32,190 nucleotides of DNA, taken from the sequence record SRR31156797_2845; one strand, written 5' to 3'. Numbering within the stretch: the stretch's first letter is position 1; each line of letters starts with the position of its first letter. Positions 10,197 through 19,699 of the stretch are shown here, in pieces. The notes beneath the pieces were generated by a model that saw only the letters and a program-made list of their open reading frames with translations, was not told the DNA's origin and did no database searches. Made by a program: the position numbers and the translations under genes.

Positions 10197-10332
10197 TCCT
10201 CTTCAATAGCTATACTTCCTTATAAGCTATAAATCCTTAGAATGTTATTTCTCTGTTAAACTTTCTTTTGTAGACTAAATCTAAATAATAAAACAATAGA
10301 TTTAGTGGTTCAATTAAAATGGAAACTATAGT

Positions 10333-11232
10333 ATGAAAAGAAAAATAATAGTAGGCAGTATATTGGCAATTGCGTCTTGTGTTTTTATTGGCTGTTCAAG
10401 CGATAGTGATAAAGTGGATTTTGACCAGGACTTGTATGTAGACATTCCTGATTCAAATTTTGAGACAGAATTAATTGAACAGGGGATCGATTCAGATGGT
10501 ATAGTGAACCAGGAAATTCTCAAATCAGACGCTGAGAAAGTTAGTGAATTGGATTTAAGTAATTCTAATAAAATTAAGGATTTAACGGGAATCGAGGCTT
10601 TTGTAAATTTACATTATTTGGTTGCAAATCAACATGAAATTGCGAGTATCGATTTAAGCGCTAATCCCTTATTAGATACAATTTACTTTAGTGGTAATTA
10701 TCTAAATAGTATCGATTTAAGTGAAAATACAAATTTAATTTTGGTGGATGTTCAGGCTAACGGGTTGAAATTAATTACAGGAATATCAGAATTGACAAAT
10801 CTAAAAAAACTGAATGTTTCCTGGAATGATTTGGAACAATTGACTGTTCAAAATGAATCGATTGAGGTTTTGCATGCTAGCCAAAATCTGTTAAGCTCTT
10901 TAAATACTGAAGGATCTGTTAATCTGAAGAATATTTTACTGAGAACGAATAAATTGGCAACAGTAGATTTTAGCACCAATGTATTGTTAGAAACCTTAGT
11001 GCTTCCTGATAATAAGCTTGAAAACATTAATTTAGAGCAGAATAGTAAGCTAACGCACTTTCATATTTTTGACAATTTACTTTCCGATTTAGATCTTACA
11101 AATAATCCCAACTTAGTAGAAATTAAAGTAGATCGAAACGAGTCTTTAACCTGTATTAAAATTAATGATGGTCAGTATATTTCAAGTGTTTCCATATCGG
11201 ATTATCAAGAGTTAAGTAGTACTTGTGATTAA
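10333..11232 (+). CDS. Leucine-rich-repeat lipoprotein (internalin-like)
   Basis: Lipobox FIGC; IPDSNFETELI cap, DLTGIEAFVNL, repeated LxxLxxxxNxL units, NESLTCIKI end cap. Confidence 0.85.
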   Translation: MKRKIIVGSILAIASCVFIGCSSDSDKVDFDQDLYVDIPDSNFETELIEQGIDSDGIVNQEILKSDAEKVSELDLSNSNKIKDLTGIEAFVNLHYLVANQHEIASIDLSANPLLDTIYFSGNYLNSIDLSENTNLILVDVQANGLKLITGISELTNLKKLNVSWNDLEQLTVQNESIEVLHASQNLLSSLNTEGSVNLKNILLRTNKLATVDFSTNVLLETLVLPDNKLENINLEQNSKLTHFHIFDNLLSDLDLTNNPNLVEIKVDRNESLTCIKINDGQYISSVSISDYQELSSTCD

Positions 11233-11425
11233 TTTTATAGAAGAATATTGGAAGCTTATTGCTTGTAATAATAAGCAGGTAAAATTGTCATAACTGCGAT
11301 TAAACCTTCGATGCTAAGAAGACAATTATCTTTTCACATCTTTATAAATAATTCCATTTAAAAGTATATTTTTTTTAATTTCGTTGCTGCAATAGGGTAA
11401 AAATAAACGATTAATAAGCATAAAA

Positions 11426-12034
11426 ATGGATATTAAAGCACTTAATGAAGAGTTAAGAGGTAAATCACCAAAGGAAATTATTGAATGGGCTGTTGAGTAC
11501 GGAAAAAAGTCAGTGGTTACTACAAATTTTAGACCTTACGAAGCAGTTATTCTACATGCCTGTGCAGAGGTGAAAAAGGATATTCCTGTAATTTGGTGTG
11601 ATTCAGGATACAATACATCTAATACTTATCGTCATGCTGAAGAAACCATTAAGCAATTGGACTTAAATGTAAACTTGTATGTTCCTAGACAAACTGCAGC
11701 ACATCGCGATGTTGTGATGGGAATTCCTGATATTAATGATCCTAAACATGCTGAGTTTACCGAGCAGGTGAAGCTTGAGCCATTCAAAAGAGCAATGTCG
11801 GAGCATAAGCCAGATGTATGGTTTACCAACTTAAGAAAAGGACAAACTGCTTTTCGCGATTCTATTGATATTCTTTCACTTTCGGCTGATGGAATGTTAA
11901 AAGTAAGTCCATTCTACGATTGGAGCGACGAGCAAATGGATCAATATCTTGCGGAGAATAATTTGGGAATTGAAACCAAGTATTTCGATCCTACAAAAGT
12001 TCTTGGTAATCGCGAGTGCGGATTACATGGTTAA
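11426..12034 (+). CDS. cysH: Phosphoadenosine phosphosulfate reductase family protein
   Basis: DSGY, KLEPF, PFYDWS and C-terminal ECGLH motif; no Fe-S cysteines. Confidence 0.8.
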   Translation: MDIKALNEELRGKSPKEIIEWAVEYGKKSVVTTNFRPYEAVILHACAEVKKDIPVIWCDSGYNTSNTYRHAEETIKQLDLNVNLYVPRQTAAHRDVVMGIPDINDPKHAEFTEQVKLEPFKRAMSEHKPDVWFTNLRKGQTAFRDSIDILSLSADGMLKVSPFYDWSDEQMDQYLAENNLGIETKYFDPTKVLGNRECGLHG

Positions 12035-12081
12035 TCATATTAAGTAGGCTTATTTATGAGTCTATTGAGAAAATAAAATTT

Positions 12082-12124
12082 AAAAAAACGCTTTTGTCCG
12101 TATCTGGATAAAAGCGTTTTTTTA
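12082..12124. terminator. Bidirectional intrinsic terminator
   Basis: aaaaaaacgcttttgtcc-loop-ggataaaagcgttttttt between convergent genes. Confidence 0.8.
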
Positions 12125-12211
12125 TGCAATGCCATAAAACCTCTTGCGGAGGTATAAAATCATCGCAGAAGCGAACCTACGCTTGCAGAATCCAATCGAA
12201 CGATCAAATCA

Positions 12212-12347
12212 TCGATTTTACCAATAAATATGTCAATTCTACCTTAAAAGTTGTCGATTCTGATCTTACAGCATCAATTTTACCACTTACATTGCCGATT
12301 TTACCATTCACAAAATGCATTTTGAGCTTCATTTATCAATGCTACCA
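12212..12347. repeat. Degenerate ~21-bp tandem array (7 units, core tcrattttacca)
   Basis: Core starts at 12212, 12233, 12254, 12274, 12295, 12316, 12336. Confidence 0.7.
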
Positions 12348-12362
12348 TTAAATCCAGCTTAT

Positions 12363-13607
12363 TTAAGTTTGACTTTGGCTATTAAACTCAAAAGAACCTT
12401 CTTTTTTGAACTCCTCTAATTTCTTCTCAAAAATTGCAGAGAAGTTATTCAATTCATCTTTGTGTTTATCAGCAAAAGAAAATCGAAAAGGAGAGTGGCG
12501 TTCACATAATTCTATAAATTCCGGACTAAAATCTTTTGGATTACTTACAACCGAAGAGGCGAATAATAATCCGAAACTTCTTTTTATTAATCCCTGAAAA
12601 GACAATTGCTTCGGATATATTTTTTCAATTGTGGCATGTACTTCTTTACCCAAATGATAGGTTTTGCATAGCATTCTGTCTAAATATTGAGAGTGAAGAT
12701 TTCTGGAAAAGCATGTAAAAACTCCTTCGTACAAATCGTCTCTGGCATCTTGTAAATCATCTAATATTTGCAGGTAAGCACCATATTCGTATAGAAACTG
12801 AAGCTGATCCATATTTAACTCTCCGGCAATTAAATAGCCATCGGCAATAACCGAAGTTGCACCTTTGGTCACGGCAATTTCAAAACATTCCAAATCGCTC
12901 AAAACCTGCTTTGAACTGGTTAAGGCAATGCTTTTGGTTTGTGCATTGTGAATGTCTAGTAAGCTCTCATATACTTTTGGGAATTGGGATCTTTCGAAAT
13001 CACTTTCTATCAAAGCAACTAAGTCGTAAATTTTCTGCTCGCTATCATTCTCTGCATTCACATTTTCACCTGCCAGTCGAAGTGCAAATCGTTTCGAAAA
13101 TTCTATTTTTTCATGATGAGAAATTCTTGCAGAATCAATAAAATTATCGGTATAAGGATATAGTAAACTGTAGGCCAAAGTAGCTTGTGTAGTTTGCAAA
13201 GGATAGCCAAACAGGGATTGCAAACCGAATACAATCCATTGATTTCTTAATGCCTGAAACAGTTCCTCACTCTCTAATTCGGAGTCAAATTGAAGGGCTC
13301 TTTGAATAAAGTCTTTAGTTGCATCAATCATGTCATCGGAAAAGATCATTTCAAGCTGGTCGTTTGTATAAGACAATTCATCTTTAAAGAACGATTTGCA
13401 TTTGCTGAGTAGCAGGAGGTTCTCTTTCGTTTCTGTTTCGCTATAGGAACGAACATAGTTTAGAAATCGATCGCACTTCATCTCCCAAATAAATTTTTCA
13501 ATACTCGAGAATCTTTTTTTATTGCTTGGAAATTCTTCTGAACAATTCAACCATTTGTTGGTAAACTGATTTAGGAATTTGTTGTATGTTTTTGTGTGGT
13601 CTATCAT
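12363..13607 (-). CDS. Class I isoprenoid-synthase (terpene synthase/prenyltransferase fold)-like protein
   Basis: YPYTDNFID and YLQILDDLQDARDD aspartate-rich motifs, KGATSV; ATG at 13607 preferred. Confidence 0.6.
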   Translation of the reverse strand: MIDHTKTYNKFLNQFTNKWLNCSEEFPSNKKRFSSIEKFIWEMKCDRFLNYVRSYSETETKENLLLLSKCKSFFKDELSYTNDQLEMIFSDDMIDATKDFIQRALQFDSELESEELFQALRNQWIVFGLQSLFGYPLQTTQATLAYSLLYPYTDNFIDSARISHHEKIEFSKRFALRLAGENVNAENDSEQKIYDLVALIESDFERSQFPKVYESLLDIHNAQTKSIALTSSKQVLSDLECFEIAVTKGATSVIADGYLIAGELNMDQLQFLYEYGAYLQILDDLQDARDDLYEGVFTCFSRNLHSQYLDRMLCKTYHLGKEVHATIEKIYPKQLSFQGLIKRSFGLLFASSVVSNPKDFSPEFIELCERHSPFRFSFADKHKDELNNFSAIFEKKLEEFKKEGSFEFNSQSQT

Positions 13608-13843
13608 TTTGGGTCTTTTTATTTGTTGATACAAATTGAGAAAAATACCTGAGCTTGAAAATTTAAATCGTTCAATGAAGCTTATCACTTGTCGAAATTG
13701 ATTTTTGCATTGATGTTGTTTGCAGAACACCTGTTAAATCATTGAAAGTGATGGTCAATTTTTTTACTTTAGCAACTTGTGTACCGATCACTGGTGTTTT
13801 AGAGATCTTGTGATCAGATTACTTTAATCAAAAATTCAGAAGA

Positions 13844-14788
13844 ATGAAATTTACTATACTTGAACCAATTGGAATGACTGCTTGTAAATATGGTCAATTC
13901 AAAAAGGAATTTGAGGACCTTGGACACGAATTGGTATTTTTTGGCGATAGAAATGAAAACGAAGATGAACTAATTAAACGTGCTGAAGGAGCCGATGCAA
14001 TTGTTGTCAGCAATATTCCTATTAGCAAAAACTTTATCGATGCCTGTCCAAATCTTTCGATGATTTCGGTTGCATTTACTGGAGTTGATCATATCGACAT
14101 GAAAGCTTGTAATGAGCGAAATATTTTGGTATCGAATGCAGCAGGTTTCTCTACAGAGTCTGTAGCAGAATTGACCATTGGTATGATTTTATCGGTTTAT
14201 CGTAAGATTGTTGGTGGAGATGCCATGACACGCTTTGGAGGTGATAGAGGAGGATTTTTAGGAACGGAATTAAATGGAAAGACACTTGGGATTATAGGTG
14301 CTGGTGAGATAGGTCTTAGAGTAGCTGAGATAGCCAAAGTGTTCAGATGTAAGGTTCTTGCTTATAGTAGAAGTGAAAAGAGCGTAGAAGGTCTTACATT
14401 CGTTGATAAGGAAACTCTTTTAAAAGAATCTGATATTGTTTCTTTGCATGTTCCATTGAGTGAAGCAACCAAAGGTTTAATTTCAACCAATGAGTTTAAG
14501 ATGATGAAGCCCGAAGCCATTTTAATTAATACTGCTCGCGGACCAGTTGTCGATAGTGAGGCTCTATGTGTTGCTCTGGAAGAGAGCGAAATTGCAGGTG
14601 CTGCGGTTGATGTTTACGAAAAAGAACCACCATTGGATAAAGAGCACATCCTGTTTACTGCACCAAATTTAATTATGCTTCCACATATTGCTTACGCTAC
14701 CCACGAATCGTTCGATAAGCGAATTAATATTGTAATGGAAAATATTCGTTTGTGGTTACAAGGCAAGCCAAGAAATATAATGAACTAA
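13844..14788 (+). CDS. D-isomer-specific 2-hydroxyacid dehydrogenase
   Basis: TGVDHID, GIIGAGEIG, SLHVP, INTARG, DVYEKEP, PHIAY motifs. Confidence 0.93.
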   Translation: MKFTILEPIGMTACKYGQFKKEFEDLGHELVFFGDRNENEDELIKRAEGADAIVVSNIPISKNFIDACPNLSMISVAFTGVDHIDMKACNERNILVSNAAGFSTESVAELTIGMILSVYRKIVGGDAMTRFGGDRGGFLGTELNGKTLGIIGAGEIGLRVAEIAKVFRCKVLAYSRSEKSVEGLTFVDKETLLKESDIVSLHVPLSEATKGLISTNEFKMMKPEAILINTARGPVVDSEALCVALEESEIAGAAVDVYEKEPPLDKEHILFTAPNLIMLPHIAYATHESFDKRINIVMENIRLWLQGKPRNIMN

Positions 14789-14790
14789 AG

Positions 14791-14852
14791 AAATTCCAAA
14801 CATCAAATCCCAAGCTCCAAATCTGGAATTTGGGATTTGTATTTTGGAGCTT
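14791..14852. repeat. Imperfect palindrome built of aaattccaa/aaatccca units; likely terminator between convergent genes
   Basis: aaattccaaa..caaatcccaagctcca / tggaatttgggatttg..ttttggagctt. Confidence 0.6.
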
Positions 14853-15547
14853 TATTTTACAATCTTCACCAACTGTGTGATTCCAGTTAATTTTCCTTTC
14901 TTGTTATACGATTCACTGCGAATTGTGCCAATATCTTTCGATATCCACATTACATTGTGCATTCGAACATTTACAAATCCGGTTTTACTTTCAATATCCT
15001 CAGAAAGTTTATAGGTTTTAAACGTTCCAGCAGGTGTATCAATACTTTCCTTAGCTTCTACCTTTCGGTTGATAATATTAGTCGTCATGTTCATATTCAT
15101 CATGCCACCTTCAATACTAATAGTTATGGATCCATCTTTTAAGGATTGACCAGGAGACAGTTTTGCAGGATAGATTAAATCATCTGTGGTGATTTTGACT
15201 TCCATATCTTTAAAGGCTTCCATCTGTTTCTGATTCATGTATTTATCCATATCAATATAAAATTCATTTCCCTTACACCTAAAGGTTATGGTATCCTGCA
15301 TGATGACTTCATCTTTCGATTTTGCATCCTTTGTGGTCTGAAGCAAGGAATAAATGGTTTCGCCACCTTTGTTTTTTATGGATAAAAGTTTCTGACTGTA
15401 ACTTCCCATTACCTTTCCTTTGGCATTGGTCATTTCGTAATGTAATTCTGTGCCAACAGTATTCGGAATATAAATTGTGCATTCCTGTGCTAATGTTATA
15501 ATACTACTCGCCAAAACTAGTAGTAGCATATAAAGTAACTTCTTCAT
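14852..15547 (-). CDS. Secreted hypothetical protein (DUF3108/TapB-like beta-rich fold)
   Basis: Signal peptide ending LAQ; ESIDTPAGTFKTYK and W...IGTIRSE motifs. Confidence 0.65.
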   Translation of the reverse strand: MKKLLYMLLLVLASSIITLAQECTIYIPNTVGTELHYEMTNAKGKVMGSYSQKLLSIKNKGGETIYSLLQTTKDAKSKDEVIMQDTITFRCKGNEFYIDMDKYMNQKQMEAFKDMEVKITTDDLIYPAKLSPGQSLKDGSITISIEGGMMNMNMTTNIINRKVEAKESIDTPAGTFKTYKLSEDIESKTGFVNVRMHNVMWISKDIGTIRSESYNKKGKLTGITQLVKIVK

Positions 15548-15822
15548 GAAAGTTTCAATTTTGACTATTTAAGTGGAATAATAGTCTAGTTTAAAGTGAG
15601 TTGATATGAATTGCGAGTGCAAATAAGAGTTTGAGGATCAAAACTGAATACTAAATTTAAGGATTTAGATAGGAATGATAAAATAAAATTTAGCAATGAC
15701 TTGATAAATTAAGACTATCTGGTCTTATTTTATGCTGCTTTTCTTAGATAGGCTCAAAAAGTTTGATAATTTTATAAAAGAATTGGCTGTATGGTAAAAT
15801 CAGCTACAAATTATGAGATAAA

Positions 15823-16254
15823 ATGAAACTGGAAATACAAGAATTTGGATTTGGTGAGCGACCACAAGTAACACGTCCCAACAGAGAAATTTTAACGCTT
15901 TTGGGTGAGGAAGGAATACGAAAGCTGGTTGATGATCATTACAACATGCTTCGGGAAAGTAGTTTTTTCCATCTGTTTCCTCAAGGCGATGCCGATTTTG
16001 AGGCAGCAAAATTGCGTTCCTCTGATTTTTTTATTCAAATTTTGGGTGGACCGCAATATTTTAATCAGAATAGGGGAGAGCCGATGTTGGTGCGACGTCA
16101 TCGCCCATTTCAAATCACTCCTGAAGCGAGAAGAGTATGGCTACAATGCTATCAGCAATTGTTACCGGAACTGAATTTGCCAGAGGAGATGTTACTATCC
16201 TACTGGAATTATTTGAATGTATTTTCTACCTGGATGATAAACACTGAAGAATAA
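15823..16254 (+). CDS. Truncated (2/2) globin, group II-like
   Basis: LGEEGIRKLVDDHY, FFIQILGGPQYF, PMLVRRHRPFQIT...W. Confidence 0.85.
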   Translation: MKLEIQEFGFGERPQVTRPNREILTLLGEEGIRKLVDDHYNMLRESSFFHLFPQGDADFEAAKLRSSDFFIQILGGPQYFNQNRGEPMLVRRHRPFQITPEARRVWLQCYQQLLPELNLPEEMLLSYWNYLNVFSTWMINTEE

Positions 16255-16284
16255 AAAAAGAGATCTGCATTGCAGATCTCTTTT
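16254..16284. terminator. Bidirectional terminator
   Basis: aaaagagatctgca-t-tgcagatctctttt. Confidence 0.8.
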
Positions 16285-16304
16285 AGTTTAAGCCTAAATT
16301 AAGC

Positions 16305-16529
16305 TTAGTTCTTTATGTAACGTCCTTCTTTATCCTTAAAGCTACCAACGGCAATAATAATAAGGTCGATAAGTGTCCAAATTCCTAAACCTCCTAAGGT
16401 AAAAATCATTAATACTCCAGTACCTATTTTCCCAGCATAGAAACGGTGAACTCCTAATCCGCCAAGGAAAAAACATAGTAATAGCATTGCAACATAATTT
16501 CTGTCGCTTCTTTGATCTACGATTTCCAT
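16305..16529 (-). CDS. TM2 domain protein
   Basis: [18 protein letters not shown]...GIWTLID motif. Confidence 0.9.
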   Translation of the reverse strand: MEIVDQRSDRNYVAMLLLCFFLGGLGVHRFYAGKIGTGVLMIFTLGGLGIWTLIDLIIIAVGSFKDKEGRYIKN

Positions 16530-16599
16530 AAATTATAATTTATACATATTAAACAGGCATGTAAAATAATAAAAAAAGAAAGATATATTGAAAAATAAG

Positions 16600-16635
16600 A
16601 CAAAAAAAAGCTACTGATAATTACCAGTAGCTTTC
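16600..16635 (-). terminator. Terminator after queA
   Basis: aaagctactg-loop-cagtagcttt with A run giving U tract on minus strand. Confidence 0.75.
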
Positions 16636-16656
16636 TATGATGAAAATATTTTAGTC

Positions 16657-17706
16657 TTAGATGATTAGCATTGCATCACCGTAAGTTCCAAATCTGTATT
16701 TTTCTTTAATAGCTTCTTCGTAAGCAGCCATTACATTATCGTAACCTCCAAAAGCACAAACCATCATCATTAAAGTAGATAAAGGAAGGTGGAAGTTGGT
16801 AATCATTCTATTTGGTACGTGGAATTCGTATGGAGGGAAAATAAATTTATTTGTCCATCCTTCGAAAGGTTTCAATGTTCCCATTGTTGAAACAGAACTT
16901 TCCAATGTTCTCATTACAGTAGTTCCTACGGCACAAACATTCTTCTTCTTTTTCTTAGCAGCATTTACTTTTTCAACCGCTTCATCTTCAATAAAGATTT
17001 GCTCTGAATCCATTTTGTGCTTCGTCAAATCTTCAACATCAACAGTTCTAAAGTTACCCAATCCAACGTGAAGGGTCACTTCTGCAAAATCGATACCTTT
17101 AATTTCCAAACGTTTCATCAACTCACGGCTAAAGTGCATACCTGCAGTTGGAGCAGCAACAGCACCTTCGTGTTTTGCAAAAATTGTTTGGTAACGATCA
17201 GCATCTTCAGGCTCTACTGAACGATCGATGAATTTTGGAAGAGGAGTTTCTCCCAATCCAAAAAGAGTTTTTTTGAAATCTTCGTAAGGACCGTCGTAAA
17301 GGAAACGTAAAGTTCTACCTCTTGATGTTGTGTTATCAATTACCTCAGCAACCAATAAATCATCTTCACCAAAATAAAGTTTATTACCAATTCTGATCTT
17401 ACGTGCAGGATCAACCAAAACGTCCCATAATCTTTGCTCACGGTTCAATTCTCTCAACAAGAATACTTCAATTTCCGCTCCGGTTTTTTCTTTATTACCG
17501 TATAAACGAGCTGGAAACACTTTGGTATTGTTGAACACCATCACATCTTCATCGTCGAAATACTCGATCAAATCTTTAAAGATTTTGTGTTCAATTTTAC
17601 CCGTCTCTTTGTGAAGTACCATTAAGCGAGATTCATCTCTATTATAGGCTGGATGTAAAGCAATAAGTTCTGTAGGTAATTTATACTTAAACTTAGATAA
17701 CTTCAT
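16657..17706 (-). CDS. queA: S-adenosylmethionine:tRNA ribosyltransferase-isomerase
   Basis: [47 protein letters not shown]. Confidence 0.97.
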   Translation of the reverse strand: MKLSKFKYKLPTELIALHPAYNRDESRLMVLHKETGKIEHKIFKDLIEYFDDEDVMVFNNTKVFPARLYGNKEKTGAEIEVFLLRELNREQRLWDVLVDPARKIRIGNKLYFGEDDLLVAEVIDNTTSRGRTLRFLYDGPYEDFKKTLFGLGETPLPKFIDRSVEPEDADRYQTIFAKHEGAVAAPTAGMHFSRELMKRLEIKGIDFAEVTLHVGLGNFRTVDVEDLTKHKMDSEQIFIEDEAVEKVNAAKKKKKNVCAVGTTVMRTLESSVSTMGTLKPFEGWTNKFIFPPYEFHVPNRMITNFHLPLSTLMMMVCAFGGYDNVMAAYEEAIKEKYRFGTYGDAMLII

Positions 17707-17788
17707 AAGGCTGAATGACTTTTATGTTATATTTTTTGATAATGGGAAAGTGCAAAGCTTTCCTTTTTACGAAAAAGTTGCAAGATAG

Positions 17789-18493
17789 TTATAAATTTTC
17801 TAAGAATTTTATAAAATCTTCAATTTCAATAGCATCGTCGATTTTGAAATCGCCGATTTGAGTACGTTGCAGAGCTGTTAAGTGGGCACCACTATTTAGT
17901 GCTTGCCCAATATCTCTTGCTAAAGCTCTGATATAAGTTCCTTTACTACAAACTACTTTGATTTTTAAGATGTTTTTATCGAATTCTAAAACTTCGATTT
18001 CATCAATAACCAAGGTTTTCTTTTTGATCTCAACTTCCTGACCTTTTCGAGCATATTCGTAAGCTCTTTTTCCATTTACTTTTACCGCAGAATAATCTGG
18101 CGGACGCTGTTCTATGGTTCCGATAAATCCTTTTAAGGTTTCATCAACAAGTTCACGAGTAATGTGTTCAGTTGGATATTCCTGATCAATTTCCGTCTCT
18201 AAATCGAAAGATGGTGTTGTAGCACCTAATTGTAAAGTGGCAATGTATTCCTTTACTTGTGACTGGTAAGAATCGATCTGTTTGGTATACTTTCCAACAC
18301 AAACAATCATCAATCCGGTAGCTAATGGATCTAGTGTCCCAGCATGTCCAACCTTAATTTTTTTCACACGAAGTTTGTGCTTGATTTTGAACTTTATCTT
18401 GTTCACCAAATCAAACGAAGTCCACTCGTAAGGTTTATTCAGAAGAATAAAAGCACCTTGTTGAAAATCATTATCAGTCTCGAATCGAATCAT
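17789..18493 (-). CDS. truB: tRNA pseudouridine(55) synthase
   Basis: KVGHAGTLDPLATG, YSAVKVNG, CSKGTYIR. Confidence 0.97.
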   Translation of the reverse strand: MIRFETDNDFQQGAFILLNKPYEWTSFDLVNKIKFKIKHKLRVKKIKVGHAGTLDPLATGLMIVCVGKYTKQIDSYQSQVKEYIATLQLGATTPSFDLETEIDQEYPTEHITRELVDETLKGFIGTIEQRPPDYSAVKVNGKRAYEYARKGQEVEIKKKTLVIDEIEVLEFDKNILKIKVVCSKGTYIRALARDIGQALNSGAHLTALQRTQIGDFKIDDAIEIEDFIKFLENL

Positions 18494-18532
18494 CTACAGT
18501 CAAAATTTAAAAGGAAAAGCCCTTTTTTAGAA

Positions 18533-19321
18533 TTAGGCTGCAAAAATAGCAATTACTCCGATAATCAGGCAATAAAATGCAAAATAGATTAGTTTTCCTT
18601 TTTTAACCAACTTAATCATCCAGCTACAGGCAAGTAATCCTGAGGCGAAAGCAGCAATAAATCCAACGATTAAAGGTGTTACTTCGAGTGAACCACCTGA
18701 TGTAAATTCGCCACTAAAAAGGCATAATATATTTTCACCAATAATTGGAACCAAAACCATAAGGAATGAGAATTTGGCAACATCGGCTTTTTTATTTCCC
18801 AGCAATAATCCGGTTGCAATAGTTGCTCCCGATCTTGAAATACCAGGAAGAATAGCAAATGTTTGAGCCAAACCAATAATTAAAGCATCCTTGAAGGAAA
18901 TTTCTTTATCCTTTTGTTTGGCGTAATAGGTAAATCCGAGAAGAGTAGCTGTAACCAAAAGCATACAACCAACTATTAGAAGAATTCCATTGTTATCGAA
19001 AAGTGCGGCTACTTCATCTTTAAAAAAGACACCTACAATTCCGATCGGAATCATTGAAACTGCAATTTTAGCAATGTATTGAGTTGATTCGTTCCACTGA
19101 AAGCTAAAAACATCACGAATCAATGATAAAATATCTTTTCGGAATACAATTATGGTACTTAAAACAGTTGCACCATGTACCACCACCGTAAAGGCAAGAT
19201 TGTTTTCGGCATTTACGCCTAAAAGCGCTTTACCCAATTCAAGATGTCCACTGCTGCTTACAGGCAGAAATTCAGTGAGTCCCTGGAGCAATCCAAGGAT
19301 CAAGGCTTCAATCCAATTCAT
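18533..19321 (-). CDS. uppP: Undecaprenyl-diphosphatase
   Basis: [14 protein letters not shown] and PGISRSGAT. Confidence 0.96.
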   Translation of the reverse strand: MNWIEALILGLLQGLTEFLPVSSSGHLELGKALLGVNAENNLAFTVVVHGATVLSTIIVFRKDILSLIRDVFSFQWNESTQYIAKIAVSMIPIGIVGVFFKDEVAALFDNNGILLIVGCMLLVTATLLGFTYYAKQKDKEISFKDALIIGLAQTFAILPGISRSGATIATGLLLGNKKADVAKFSFLMVLVPIIGENILCLFSGEFTSGGSLEVTPLIVGFIAAFASGLLACSWMIKLVKKGKLIYFAFYCLIIGVIAIFAA

Positions 19322-19375
19322 AAAATAAGTAGTAAGATTTTCCGATTATTATTCCGGAGTCAAGAATTTGATACG

Positions 19376-19618
19376 TTACTTGTCGGCTTTAGGTTTCTTC
19401 ATGATTGCATAGATTTCGAATGCAAAACCAAAAAGAACAACCAATGGAGCAAGCGTAATACGTCTAAAGCTGAAGATACTTTCATCAAACACATTTGGAT
19501 CATCCGATCCTCCACCCATCATCAATAAAAATCCTATAATGATGATCACAAATCCGATAAGGAGTAACTTGTAATTCTCTTTACCAAGAGCAAATCCGGC
19601 TTTATTATCTTGTTTCAT
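19376..19618 (-). CDS. DUF3098 family small membrane protein
   Basis: NYKLLLIG...GFLLMMGG...FSFRRITLAP; position between ftsX and uppP. Confidence 0.85.
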   Translation of the reverse strand: MKQDNKAGFALGKENYKLLLIGFVIIIIGFLLMMGGGSDDPNVFDESIFSFRRITLAPLVVLFGFAFEIYAIMKKPKADK

Positions 19619-19699
19619 GAAATTCTTTTTTTAACTATTTCGGCTTGTTCGGCTACAAAAGTAAACAATAAAATTAAAATTCTAGTACTGACTTAAAGA

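Noticed and set aside
10083-11232. tRNA-anchored genomic island
   Set aside because: No integrase, no duplicated tRNA 3' end seen, native terminator intact
12212-12347. Possible CRISPR array
   Set aside because: Period only ~21 bp, cores degenerate, spacers ~9 bp, no cas genes
12124-12351. 75-aa plus-strand ORF
   Set aside because: Starts at the edge of a terminator, overlies the degenerate array and has no recognisable motif
13785-13820. gatcac...gtgatc hairpin upstream of the dehydrogenase as a riboswitch
   Set aside because: Short stem, no recognisable riboswitch consensus, single copy
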